Assembly: GCA_938004185.1 (NCBI GenBank)
Contig: CALKWN010000065.1
Location: 315,111-379,110 of the forward strand
Direction of reading: 5' to 3'
From: an uncultured candidate division WWE3 bacterium
GTDB taxonomy: Bacteria; Patescibacteriota; WWE3; UBA101185; UBA10185
Length of the DNA stretch: 64,000 bases
Positions 18,181 through 27,126 of this stretch are shown one piece after another (position 1 is the stretch's first letter; every line of letters starts with the position of its first letter). The notes under the pieces are model-generated. The model did not search any database. It had not been told where the DNA came from and saw nothing but the letters and a program-made list of their open reading frames with translations. Position numbers and translations under genes: made by a program.

Positions 18181-19324
18181 ACAAAGTCACAAATAACACA
18201 AACATTATTTGCGGATAAAACAATGAGTTTATAAAGGACGCCTCCACTATTAAAGCCGGTATCAGACTTATTAAAATTAACCTTCTTTTATTTTTCGATA
18301 GTAAGTTATCGAAAAAAGGAAAAAACCACGCCACCGAATATATTATTGCACCGAAAATTCCCGTAGTTGCCAGAACAAATAGAAAACTGGAATCGGACCC
18401 GGCTCCGGAGCGCGACGAAATATTATCTATGTTCAAAAAACCATATTCTTTTTGGGCGTACCTGTAAGAATTAAAACCCACACCTGTCAATAAATTGTCT
18501 TTTGAAATCTCAAGCGCGTTTTGCCAGGAAACGAGACGGAATCTGGCAGAATCAGCAGGATCTGTAATTCCAGATATTCTTGTCTGCACTCTTGGAACTA
18601 AAAAGTACGCCAAAAATGCGATAAAAATTCCAAGCAACAAAAATTTGGGATATCTGAATATTCCAAACATAAAAATTATTACAGCTGTCATTGCCCAAGC
18701 ACTTCTAGAAAAAGTGAGAAATATAAAAATCGAAATTGTAGCAGCCGAGTAAATATAGATCCTTTGTTTATTCCCAGCAGATATGCGGTATAAAATCCAC
18801 ACTAAAACAGTTGCCAAATACGCACCCAAAAAGTTGGGATCAAAAAACGTTCCGGCAGCACGGCTTTTGTGGGGATCCCAACCAAGCGATGGATCAAGTA
18901 CAGAAAAATCCGGCAAAAATACAAGCTGTAAGGCTGAAGCTGCGCATAGAAAAAGGGCGGACAGGATTAGGGTTTTTTCCAACAACCGTCCTTTCAAATA
19001 ATTTAAGTTTAATAGGTTGTAAACCACAATGGCAGCAAAAATGTAAACCCCTAAACGTAGGAGGTAGGCTAAGGATATATAAATCTCGCTACTCTCGTAC
19101 TTATAGATATTTACGAAAAATGATGCGGCTGCCCAAACAAAAAAGATTAAAAATAGAATCGAGTATTTAGGAAGGCTAAATCTTTTTTTAATTAAGAGAA
19201 ATATTAAACCCGAAAACGCAAAAATAGCCGCAGCTAGATCAAAAATGTAATAGTTACCGAATCTGGCAAACTGACCTAAACTCAAAGTTGCTGTCAATAA
19301 AATTAAAAGGTATTTAAGCACCAT
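18158..19324 (-). CDS. O-antigen ligase/polymerase family (Wzy_C domain) membrane protein
   Basis: ~10 TM, conserved FSRSAW..periplasmic loop region. Its 3' end overlaps the preceding plus-strand gene by 23 nt. Confidence 0.75.
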   Translation of the reverse strand: MVLKYLLILLTATLSLGQFARFGNYYIFDLAAAIFAFSGLIFLLIKKRFSLPKYSILFLIFFVWAAASFFVNIYKYESSEIYISLAYLLRLGVYIFAAIVVYNLLNLNYLKGRLLEKTLILSALFLCAASALQLVFLPDFSVLDPSLGWDPHKSRAAGTFFDPNFLGAYLATVLVWILYRISAGNKQRIYIYSAATISIFIFLTFSRSAWAMTAVIIFMFGIFRYPKFLLLGIFIAFLAYFLVPRVQTRISGITDPADSARFRLVSWQNALEISKDNLLTGVGFNSYRYAQKEYGFLNIDNISSRSGAGSDSSFLFVLATTGIFGAIIYSVAWFFPFFDNLLSKNKRRLILISLIPALIVEASFINSLFYPQIMFVLFVTLFSSTLDI

Positions 19325-20591
19325 AGCTTTTTTTCCATACCTTTCGAACAGTAAAAATGAGCAATATTAGAATCAAAAACTCGGATATATGAGTTACGAC
19401 AGCAGAACCGTAAAATGAGTATTTCGGTATAACCACATAGTTAGCTGTAAAATTAAAGATGGCGCTGACAAGATATATATAAGGAAGGTAGCGCTGGTAG
19501 CCGAGAGTCACTATTAGCCAAGCCAATGGCTGGGTGAGACTATAAAGTACAAGACCTGCAAGAAGTATTCTCAAAGCCGGTACTGAGTTAGTAAATTCAG
19601 CACCCCCGAGAATACGAACGGCCAGGGGTGAGAATATATAACCAAGAACCGAAAAAGCCAAAGCCGCCCAAAATAAAAACTTAAGTGATTGAGTTAGGGT
19701 TTCTTTTAATTTGTCCTTTCCCTGAGTCATGTGTACAACCATGATCGGGTAAACCGAATTCATAAAAAAGGTAGGAAGGACGAGAGCCACTTCAAACACC
19801 TTGTATGGTAAGGCGTAAAGACCTACGGCTTCGTTATTGCTAATTCCCAAAAAGGACGGGACGGGAAGAACTGACAGTAACAGCGAGTCTGCTTTAAAAT
19901 TAACCTGGCTAAAAACAAACATTAACCCCAGCGGAAGTGATGATGCTAAAAGGTATTTCCAGACCTCTTTATCGGGCTTAAATTCGGGCTCAACCCCAAG
20001 TGATTTTATAAAGAAATAGTTTACGGTAAATGTTACGAGTCCTCCTAAAACATAGCTGAAACTTAACCACATCACACCTGCGTTTTGAGATGAAAGTAAA
20101 AATACCAACGCCAGAATTAGTAAATATCCTGAGAGATATCCTATTGTCGACAAATCATATCTTAGTTTTGCCTGAAATATTATGTTTGTTGTTGTAAAAA
20201 GAGCTTGTGTAAAAATTAAAAATAAACTTAAAATTATTCCCAACTTTAAACTATAGGAGTATGGAAAAAACTTTAATGCGGCTAATAACAGTAAAATAAG
20301 AAACAACGAGAAAAACATTCTTATAACTAAAATGTTTCCGAAATATTTTCCTGCCTTACTCCAATCTTTAGAAATTTCTCTAGTGGCTATGGCATTTAAT
20401 CCAAAGTCGACTATCACGAAAAACAGCGCCGGCCACGCCTGCATCAAGCTAAACTGACCGTACATTTCACGTCCGTAAGTCCTGGTGATTATTACTGTGG
20501 CTAAAACCGTGATACAAAGACTAAAAATTTTACCGAAAAGTTGGTACACGGTGTTAGCAGCAATTTTTTTGTGAGTTATGGTAAGGTTCAT
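19314..20591 (-). CDS. Polysaccharide flippase (Wzx/MOP-type)
   Basis: 12-14 TM. N-terminal region typical of Wzx-like polysaccharide biosynthesis proteins. Confidence 0.75.
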   Translation of the reverse strand: MNLTITHKKIAANTVYQLFGKIFSLCITVLATVIITRTYGREMYGQFSLMQAWPALFFVIVDFGLNAIATREISKDWSKAGKYFGNILVIRMFFSLFLILLLLAALKFFPYSYSLKLGIILSLFLIFTQALFTTTNIIFQAKLRYDLSTIGYLSGYLLILALVFLLSSQNAGVMWLSFSYVLGGLVTFTVNYFFIKSLGVEPEFKPDKEVWKYLLASSLPLGLMFVFSQVNFKADSLLLSVLPVPSFLGISNNEAVGLYALPYKVFEVALVLPTFFMNSVYPIMVVHMTQGKDKLKETLTQSLKFLFWAALAFSVLGYIFSPLAVRILGGAEFTNSVPALRILLAGLVLYSLTQPLAWLIVTLGYQRYLPYIYLVSAIFNFTANYVVIPKYSFYGSAVVTHISEFLILILLIFTVRKVWKKSYGA

Positions 20592-21808
20592 TAGTCACAA
20601 TCTCCGATTCTCATTTGATTTATTATAAAGGCAGGCGGTTTGCCGGAAATTTTCTTCATATCTCTTATCGTATCGAAATGTTTGTAAGGAACGTTATCTC
20701 CATTCAACCAGGAAAAGTGATCGAAAGGAGGCTCATATTTTATTGTAAAGGGCATCACGGCTCTCACTCTATCATCCTTCAACCACACGTCTTCAAAAGC
20801 TTTTTTAGTGTATTCTGCAACTGTTTCTACAGGAAGGTAGCTCGGGTTGTAATTTACGCCTTCAGCGTGTGCCCAACCTGTTTCCGTTATAAATACCGGT
20901 AATTCTTTTTCCACTTTAAGAACTACTTCAAGAAAACTTAGTTCGGTTTCGTAAGCTTTTATGCTCCATCTACCTTCGTTATAGGGACTTCCGGAGAAAT
21001 TGGGTTGGGGATAGGGGTGTGAAGCCCAGCCGTCTAATTTTGAGAATATTCCCGGAACAGCGATTTCCATTCTTCTCATATACTCAAGAGAATCTAAATG
21101 GTTAGAGTCTGTTGGCGCAGAAACATTGAATGCGCCGTTTAGCATAAAGAAGTCCGCATTTTCCTGTTTGAAGGTATCGATAGTGAAATTTAAAATTTCA
21201 GCGTACTCGTCAGGATCTACCCGACCGTACCAGAAATTTTTATCGTTAGGCTCGTTGTACACACTAACATATCTGTATCTTATCGGCCAAACAAATCTGT
21301 TAAGAAACTCTGCGGCCTTTACCGTCTGTTCCTTATAGTTATCCGTATCAACATCCCAAAGCTGTATTACAGGGATTAAATGTTTTTCGCGTAATTTTCT
21401 AAAAACCCCGTCCCATTTTTCGAAAGCGGTGTCCTTTACATTGTATGGAATCAAAACATATCCCCAGTCTCCTTTTCCGGTGTTAACAAGTTCCTCGGCA
21501 CGATCAAAAAACTCGTCTTCTTCCGCGTATATATAAATCCCGAACTTATTGTTTTCTTCCCACAATGGATCGCTTCCGGTGTATGTATAAAACTCAACCT
21601 CTTCTACCTGATTGCACTCATCGTTGTTTTCTGCAACCCTCATCCTATCGACGTAAACCTGCCTTTTTTGATCATCCGACAACCTCTCTTCTTCGAGATA
21701 CTTAGCGTATTCTCTATAAAAAATCATAGCTGTAACTACCGCTACGCTTAAAAAAACAAATAGCAGAATTGTACGAAAACGGTATTTTCTAATTTTTAGT
21801 ACCGGCAC
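20591..21808 (-). CDS. Membrane-anchored glycoside hydrolase, GH5-like (clan GH-A)
   Basis: N-terminal TM. NEP acid/base motif (VYNEPND), H-x-Y (SHPY) and nucleophile motif ITETGW at GH5-consistent spacing. Confidence 0.65.
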   Translation of the reverse strand: MPVLKIRKYRFRTILLFVFLSVAVVTAMIFYREYAKYLEEERLSDDQKRQVYVDRMRVAENNDECNQVEEVEFYTYTGSDPLWEENNKFGIYIYAEEDEFFDRAEELVNTGKGDWGYVLIPYNVKDTAFEKWDGVFRKLREKHLIPVIQLWDVDTDNYKEQTVKAAEFLNRFVWPIRYRYVSVYNEPNDKNFWYGRVDPDEYAEILNFTIDTFKQENADFFMLNGAFNVSAPTDSNHLDSLEYMRRMEIAVPGIFSKLDGWASHPYPQPNFSGSPYNEGRWSIKAYETELSFLEVVLKVEKELPVFITETGWAHAEGVNYNPSYLPVETVAEYTKKAFEDVWLKDDRVRAVMPFTIKYEPPFDHFSWLNGDNVPYKHFDTIRDMKKISGKPPAFIINQMRIGDCD

Positions 21809-21888
21809 TACCCCATTCTATCATTTATAAGCCAACACATTGAAAAATTCGGCTGTATTTATCGGCCCAATTACCTTAAAATTACAAG

Positions 21889-23124
21889 GTGAGGTCCGAA
21901 GTAAAAGTTATCGTAATACTATTCTCAATCGTACTGGTTCTCGGCGGGCTTAGTCTTTATATCAGTAAAGTCGATTACAAGTATCGCCCGCTAACACCGT
22001 TTTCTAATTCATTTGATATTCTTTCGCTTTTTAAGGAAAGGAAAAAACCTTCTTATAGAATTTACGGTTACCTTCCGTACTGGACATTAGGTAGCATGGA
22101 ATATCTTCAATTAGACAGACTCACTGATATCGCATACTTCGGTTTATATATAAACGGAAAAGGTGAGTTTGTTAAAACCGTCGAAGGGGAAGATGGGAGT
22201 TTAATAACAGAGCCTGGCTATAGAAATTGGAAACAGGAAGAGAAAATTAAACAGTTAATTGAAGCGTGTAAAAAATATGGTGTAAATTTTGCACTTACTG
22301 TTATAGCTCACAGAGACACCGACAATGATGCATTTTTAACATGCAGAGAGTGCTGGGACACACTTTTGAATAACGTGATCACAGAGCTTGATGAAAAGGG
22401 AATCACGGATGTAAATCTGAACTTTGAGTATGCTGAATATACCGATATTGAAATAGCGGTGAAATTTACCGAATTTACAGAATATATGAATAGGAAGCTA
22501 GACGAAAGATACGGCAATTCAAATGTTGTGGTGTCAGCTTTTGCTGATTCAGCTGTTAAAAATAGGGTTAGCTCTGATTTAGAAAATTTAGCAAAACAAA
22601 GCGACGGAATATTTATTATGGGATATGATTTCCACCGCCCTACTTCGGATAAAGCAGGACCTGTCTCACCTATAGGAGGTAAGGGGGTTCATGCCGAATA
22701 CGACATAGAAACTATGATGAAAGACTATCTCTCGGTCGTTCCTCCCAATAAAATAATTCTGGGTGTTCCGTATTACGGCTATAACTGGGTTGTGGGGCAA
22801 AATGAAAAATATGCTGAAAGAATTGACGGAAGCGAAGAAATTGGTTTTTCACAATCACAAACCTTTGAGGCTGTTATGGACACATTAATAGATGTTAAGC
22901 CCAATGTTTTGTGGGACGAGCTGGGACAAGTTCCTTACTTCAGCTATGTTAGCCCCGAAACAGGTCAGCAAAGACAGGTTTTTTACGAAAACGAAAAATC
23001 TCTGAGAATAAAATATCAAATGGCTAAAAATAATAATTTAATGGGTGTAGGAATATGGGCACTAGGCTACGACGGCGGCTATACCGAACTTTGGAATCTT
23101 TTGTACGATGAATTTATTGACTAG
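21889..23124 (+). CDS. Membrane-anchored GH18 (chitinase-like) family protein, catalytic motif variant D-x-N-x-N-x-E
   Basis: N-terminal TM. GH18 hallmarks MGYDFH and GVPYYGYNW. DVNLNFEY sits in place of DxxDxDxE. Apparent GTG start. Confidence 0.7.
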   Translation: MRSEVKVIVILFSIVLVLGGLSLYISKVDYKYRPLTPFSNSFDILSLFKERKKPSYRIYGYLPYWTLGSMEYLQLDRLTDIAYFGLYINGKGEFVKTVEGEDGSLITEPGYRNWKQEEKIKQLIEACKKYGVNFALTVIAHRDTDNDAFLTCRECWDTLLNNVITELDEKGITDVNLNFEYAEYTDIEIAVKFTEFTEYMNRKLDERYGNSNVVVSAFADSAVKNRVSSDLENLAKQSDGIFIMGYDFHRPTSDKAGPVSPIGGKGVHAEYDIETMMKDYLSVVPPNKIILGVPYYGYNWVVGQNEKYAERIDGSEEIGFSQSQTFEAVMDTLIDVKPNVLWDELGQVPYFSYVSPETGQQRQVFYENEKSLRIKYQMAKNNNLMGVGIWALGYDGGYTELWNLLYDEFID

Positions 23125-23152
23125 AGGATATAATTAACTTTTAATTATTAGG

Positions 23153-24193
23153 ATGGAAAATTCTGACCGGTCAAATTCAACAGCACAGAACGGAAACGGC
23201 ACACCTCTGCCTAAAAAGGTAGCTATTGTATACAGTGAAATAAAAAGAGAATACTTTCCTACGGAAGAACAATACATAACGGAAGCGGATGCATTTGAGG
23301 ATGCACAACTTATTTCGAAATATGTTGAAAGACTGGGTGTTGAATGTTCAATACTACCCGGAGATGCAAACCTTAGCGAAGAATTAAAAAAATTTAAGCC
23401 TGAGATGGTTTTTAATCTTGCGGATTCCATAAAGGGCAATGAGTATTTGTCTTCCGCTGTCCCAGGCATTTTAGAGTCACTTGAAATACCATATACCGGT
23501 GCAGACATTTTAGGACTTGCCCTATGCTACAACAAATTTTTAGTTAAAAAACTTTTACATCAATTTAAAATTCCGGTTCCTAACTTTCAATTATTTACTT
23601 CTGCCGTAGATCCTATTGATCCTCACCTAAGATTTCCTCTTATTACAAAGCTAAACGAGATACACGGCGGTGTAGAAATAACCCAAGATTCAGTTGTAGA
23701 AAATGAAAAAGCTCTGAGAGCAAGAATAAAATATTTAAATGAGGTGTATAAACAGCCTATTTTAGTTGAAGAGTTTATCGTAGGAAAAGAGATTACCGCT
23801 TACGTTCTTGAGGGACTTAACAGAAAAGTGTACATGGCTGAAAAAGTCTTCAACAAACCTGACGATAAGTATGTTTTTTTAACTTTTGAAGATCAGTGGA
23901 TAAATAAAGAGGAGACGTTCAAATACGAAAAATTTGAAAACTCTTATCTGAAAGATTTGGTAATAAGCGCTTTCGACGCAATAAAAATGATGGATTACGG
24001 AAAATTTGATATTAGACAGGACGGTTCTGGTAGATATTTCTTTATAGACGCAAACGCCAACCCGGCTTTCGGTCCAAAAGAGAGCAAAACTGCAATGGGG
24101 TTAATACTGGAAGATCTATATAAAATACCATTTATCGACATTTTGAAAAGACTGATGCTTAATACTCTTAGAGGGCCGCTTAAGGATTTTTAA
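23153..24193 (+). CDS. ATP-grasp ligase, D-alanine--D-alanine ligase-like
   Basis: Ddl-like N-domain and ATP-grasp C-terminal motifs (..IRQDGSGRYFFIDANANPAFGP). Confidence 0.7.
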   Translation: MENSDRSNSTAQNGNGTPLPKKVAIVYSEIKREYFPTEEQYITEADAFEDAQLISKYVERLGVECSILPGDANLSEELKKFKPEMVFNLADSIKGNEYLSSAVPGILESLEIPYTGADILGLALCYNKFLVKKLLHQFKIPVPNFQLFTSAVDPIDPHLRFPLITKLNEIHGGVEITQDSVVENEKALRARIKYLNEVYKQPILVEEFIVGKEITAYVLEGLNRKVYMAEKVFNKPDDKYVFLTFEDQWINKEETFKYEKFENSYLKDLVISAFDAIKMMDYGKFDIRQDGSGRYFFIDANANPAFGPKESKTAMGLILEDLYKIPFIDILKRLMLNTLRGPLKDF

Positions 24194-24226
24194 TCATCAT
24201 CACAACGAATATGCTTGTGATACTTT

Positions 24227-24302
24227 TGGTGGGCCCGCCTGGGATCGAACCAGGGACCTCTCGGATGTGAACCGAGCGCTCTAACCACTGAGCCACGGAC
24301 CC
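24227..24302 (-). tRNA. tRNA-Val (anticodon CAC), CCA encoded
   Basis: Reverse complement folds as acceptor GGGTCCG/CGGGCCC, anticodon loop TTCACAT, T-loop TTCGATC. Confidence 0.88.
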
Positions 24303-24374
24303 TCGCGCCCATATTTTACAGTATTTTACACATCCCTCCTAGTTATTTAACCCGGTCTGATATAAAATTACCCT

Positions 24375-24929
24375 ATGGCAAGAAAATTTAGTGTTAGAAA
24401 CGCCGTCGCCGACGTACTGGAAATATTTCTTATAGGTATAACCGTTTTTCTGTTGGTATACATACTTGTAGGTCAGTTTCTGGAAGTTTCCGGCGACTCC
24501 ATGCACCCATATTTAAAAGATAAAGAGCAGATTATTGCCGAAAAACTTTCAATAAAATTCGACCCAATCCAAAGAAATGAGGTTATTATATTCTGGCATC
24601 CTGTTTCCAAATCAGAATTACTTGTAAAAAGAGTTGTTGCTTTGCCCGGAGAAACAATAAAAATTCAAAACGGTTTTGTATATGTGAACGGACAAAAGCT
24701 TGAAGAAACTTATCTCGCCCCAACAGTTGTTACCGAGGGTGACGAATTTTTAACGGAAGGAAAAGACTACAAAGTATCTGAGGACTATTTTATTGTAATG
24801 GGGGATAACAGAGGGGAAAGCACAGATTCAAGATACTGGGGACCTGTTCACAAAGATGCGGTCATAGGACGCGCATTGGCAGTTTTTTACCCAACAGACA
24901 GCATAAGATTGGTAAATAAAGAAAAATGA
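24375..24929 (+). CDS. lepB: Signal peptidase I
   Basis: Catalytic Ser box GDSMHP, Lys box VKRVVALPGE, box E GDNRGESTDSRYWG. Confidence 0.88.
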   Translation: MARKFSVRNAVADVLEIFLIGITVFLLVYILVGQFLEVSGDSMHPYLKDKEQIIAEKLSIKFDPIQRNEVIIFWHPVSKSELLVKRVVALPGETIKIQNGFVYVNGQKLEETYLAPTVVTEGDEFLTEGKDYKVSEDYFIVMGDNRGESTDSRYWGPVHKDAVIGRALAVFYPTDSIRLVNKEK

Positions 24930-24966
24930 TTGGAAACTCTTAAGTGTGGGCTTAAATCGAAAATTG

Positions 24967-25227
24967 TTACTTAACCTCTACAACCTCGATTTGTTTCTTC
25001 TTCTTAGTTAACCAGGAAAATTTAACAATTCCGTTAACTTTGCTGAATATTGAGAAGTCCTTAGCCATGTCGGTATTTTTTCCGGCTACAAAAGTTCTAC
25101 CTCTTTGTCTGACGATGATTCCCCCGGGTTTTACAACTGATCCTCCGAAGACTTTTACACCAAGCCTTTTTCCCGATACATTTCCGCCCTGTCTGGCTTT
25201 TGAGCCTCCCGCTTTTTTATGTGCCAT
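24967..25227 (-). CDS. rpmA: 50S ribosomal protein L27
   Basis: MAHKKAGGS..GNVSGKRLGVK..G.I.VRQRG signature. Confidence 0.92.
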   Translation of the reverse strand: MAHKKAGGSKARQGGNVSGKRLGVKVFGGSVVKPGGIIVRQRGRTFVAGKNTDMAKDFSIFSKVNGIVKFSWLTKKKKQIEVVEVK

Positions 25228-25230
25228 ATA

Positions 25231-25701
25231 TTACTTAGCCTCCTTTTTTACCGGTTTTTTAGCTTTTATTGCGGGTTTTTTAGTTACCGGTTTTTTATCC
25301 CCAGCTACTTTCTTCACCGACTGTTTTTCTTTCTTTTCCGTTACAGGCGCACTTTCCGCTTTAACCACAGGCTTTTGTTCTTTTCCCGATGAAATCTCTA
25401 TTTTTTCGACTAAAACTTCAGATATTTCGTCCCTGTAACCTCTAGTTTTTCTATATCTGGATTTTGACTTAAATCTTGAAACAACAACTTTTCTACCTCT
25501 TTTTTCTCCTGTTATTTTAAGTTTAACCGAAACACCTTTTACTAAAGGATCTCCGATTACGGTTTCCCTTCCGTCAGAAAAAAGGAGCACATCGGCTGAA
25601 ATATCGCCGTTCTGCTTGTTTACAAAAAGGGTGTCACCCTCGTGTACTTTATATTGAGACGATCCTATTTTTATTACCGCGTATTTATCCATAGAAAACA
25701 T
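25231..25701 (-). CDS. rplU: 50S ribosomal protein L21 with a Lys-rich C-terminal extension
   Basis: YAVIKIGSSQYKV..GD.L.V motif. Operon with rpmA. Confidence 0.9.
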   Translation of the reverse strand: MFSMDKYAVIKIGSSQYKVHEGDTLFVNKQNGDISADVLLFSDGRETVIGDPLVKGVSVKLKITGEKRGRKVVVSRFKSKSRYRKTRGYRDEISEVLVEKIEISSGKEQKPVVKAESAPVTEKKEKQSVKKVAGDKKPVTKKPAIKAKKPVKKEAK

Positions 25702-25769
25702 TGGAATATTACACTAAATTTAGGGATTGAGCAAGAATTCCAACATAAATAGTGTAAATTGCAAAAACC

Positions 25770-27107
25770 TTACAACTCTGTCGTAGTTCCCGCTATTATA
25801 AGCAAATCGTAATCTTCCCCGTCATCCAACGAATCCTCCACAATTATGTTAGGAAATGCATCCTTTAAATCTTCCTCGAGCAAGGCCTTGTAAGCAATAC
25901 TGTCTTTTTTAAATCTCAATAAAGTATCTTCTCTCACTTCGTCGGCGGTGTCTATATCAAATACTTTGTAACCTTTATCCTCAAGGAGAGTTTTGGTTCT
26001 GGCTGCCAAACCATTAACTCCGGCACCGTTAAGAACCATAACATCCAACTCCTCTTTTTTAAGATCGGGGGATGGCGCTTCCTCTCTCGGAGCCTCAACC
26101 TGCTCACTCAAAACATTTTCCTGCTGAGTAGTATCAACTGCCATTTGTGAAGAATCACCGGACTTGTTTTTATTAAAGAATAAGAAAAAGGATAAAATTC
26201 CGGCAAATATTAAAACTGCGGAAGCTCCAACATAAACAATACTTTTGTTACTTTTTACCTCAACCGGTAGGGGCATTAGATTAAGAAGGTTGTTTTGGGA
26301 AAACAATATGTCAGGATCTGCTTCAACTACATATTCTACAAGAATATTCAGTTTAAACTGCTCATCGTACTCAACATCAACTGGAGGCATTCCGATCTCG
26401 GCTACTTCATATCCTGCAACATCTAAACTCTGATAGTTTAAAGTGTAAGCTCTCTTTACTGGTGTTTTTTTCTTGTAAAAAGACAGCTCGGAAACAAATT
26501 TTTCGATCTGATCTGAGGTAATTTCTTTGTTACTTACACCGCTGTAAAAAATGCCATTAAGCTCGGATAAGGCCATTGCATGGCTGCCGTCAATTCTTGC
26601 AATAAATACCGCAGGATCGTTTGTACCGACATACTTAGGAAGCAGAAGTAACCACGGAACCACACTTTTAAGTGAGATTCCAACTGCATTCGAAACTTCC
26701 AAAAGTTTCTCCATATAATCCTTTTTTACACCGACAAATTGGTATAAAAAGGGAGCAATTTTTTGATAGGAAAAGAACAAATCTTCAAGAGGCACTTCCG
26801 TTACCTTTGCTTTTATATCGTTTAAAAGCTGCTCCTGCTTTTCACCGTCCCTTTTGTTTATCGTGATAAATCTAAGGATAGTGTCCTCGGGCTCAGTTAC
26901 AACGTTTAACGTCAGTTTTGAAAGTGAGGACTCTGTTACTTGGGAAATGGCGTTTTTAACTTCCTCAGCATATTTTGAAGTGTCTAAAATTTTTGTGTCG
27001 TTTACTACTTCGGGAGATACGGTATTTGAGTAAGATCTTAAACCGTCCTTTCCAAACAATGTGACTCTTAGAATGTTGTTATTTAAAGACAGGTAGATAT
27101 CTTGCAT
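25770..27107 (-). CDS. Membrane protein: unknown ~290-aa cytoplasmic N-domain, TM, extracellular LytR_C-like domain
   Basis: C-terminal ~90 aa (VMVLNGAGVNGLAARTKTLLEDKGYKV...DYDLLIIAGT) resembles the LytR C-terminal domain. Single TM near residue 300. Confidence 0.5.
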   Translation of the reverse strand: MQDIYLSLNNNILRVTLFGKDGLRSYSNTVSPEVVNDTKILDTSKYAEEVKNAISQVTESSLSKLTLNVVTEPEDTILRFITINKRDGEKQEQLLNDIKAKVTEVPLEDLFFSYQKIAPFLYQFVGVKKDYMEKLLEVSNAVGISLKSVVPWLLLLPKYVGTNDPAVFIARIDGSHAMALSELNGIFYSGVSNKEITSDQIEKFVSELSFYKKKTPVKRAYTLNYQSLDVAGYEVAEIGMPPVDVEYDEQFKLNILVEYVVEADPDILFSQNNLLNLMPLPVEVKSNKSIVYVGASAVLIFAGILSFFLFFNKNKSGDSSQMAVDTTQQENVLSEQVEAPREEAPSPDLKKEELDVMVLNGAGVNGLAARTKTLLEDKGYKVFDIDTADEVREDTLLRFKKDSIAYKALLEEDLKDAFPNIIVEDSLDDGEDYDLLIIAGTTTEL

Positions 27108-27126
27108 ATGTATAACTATAACATAA

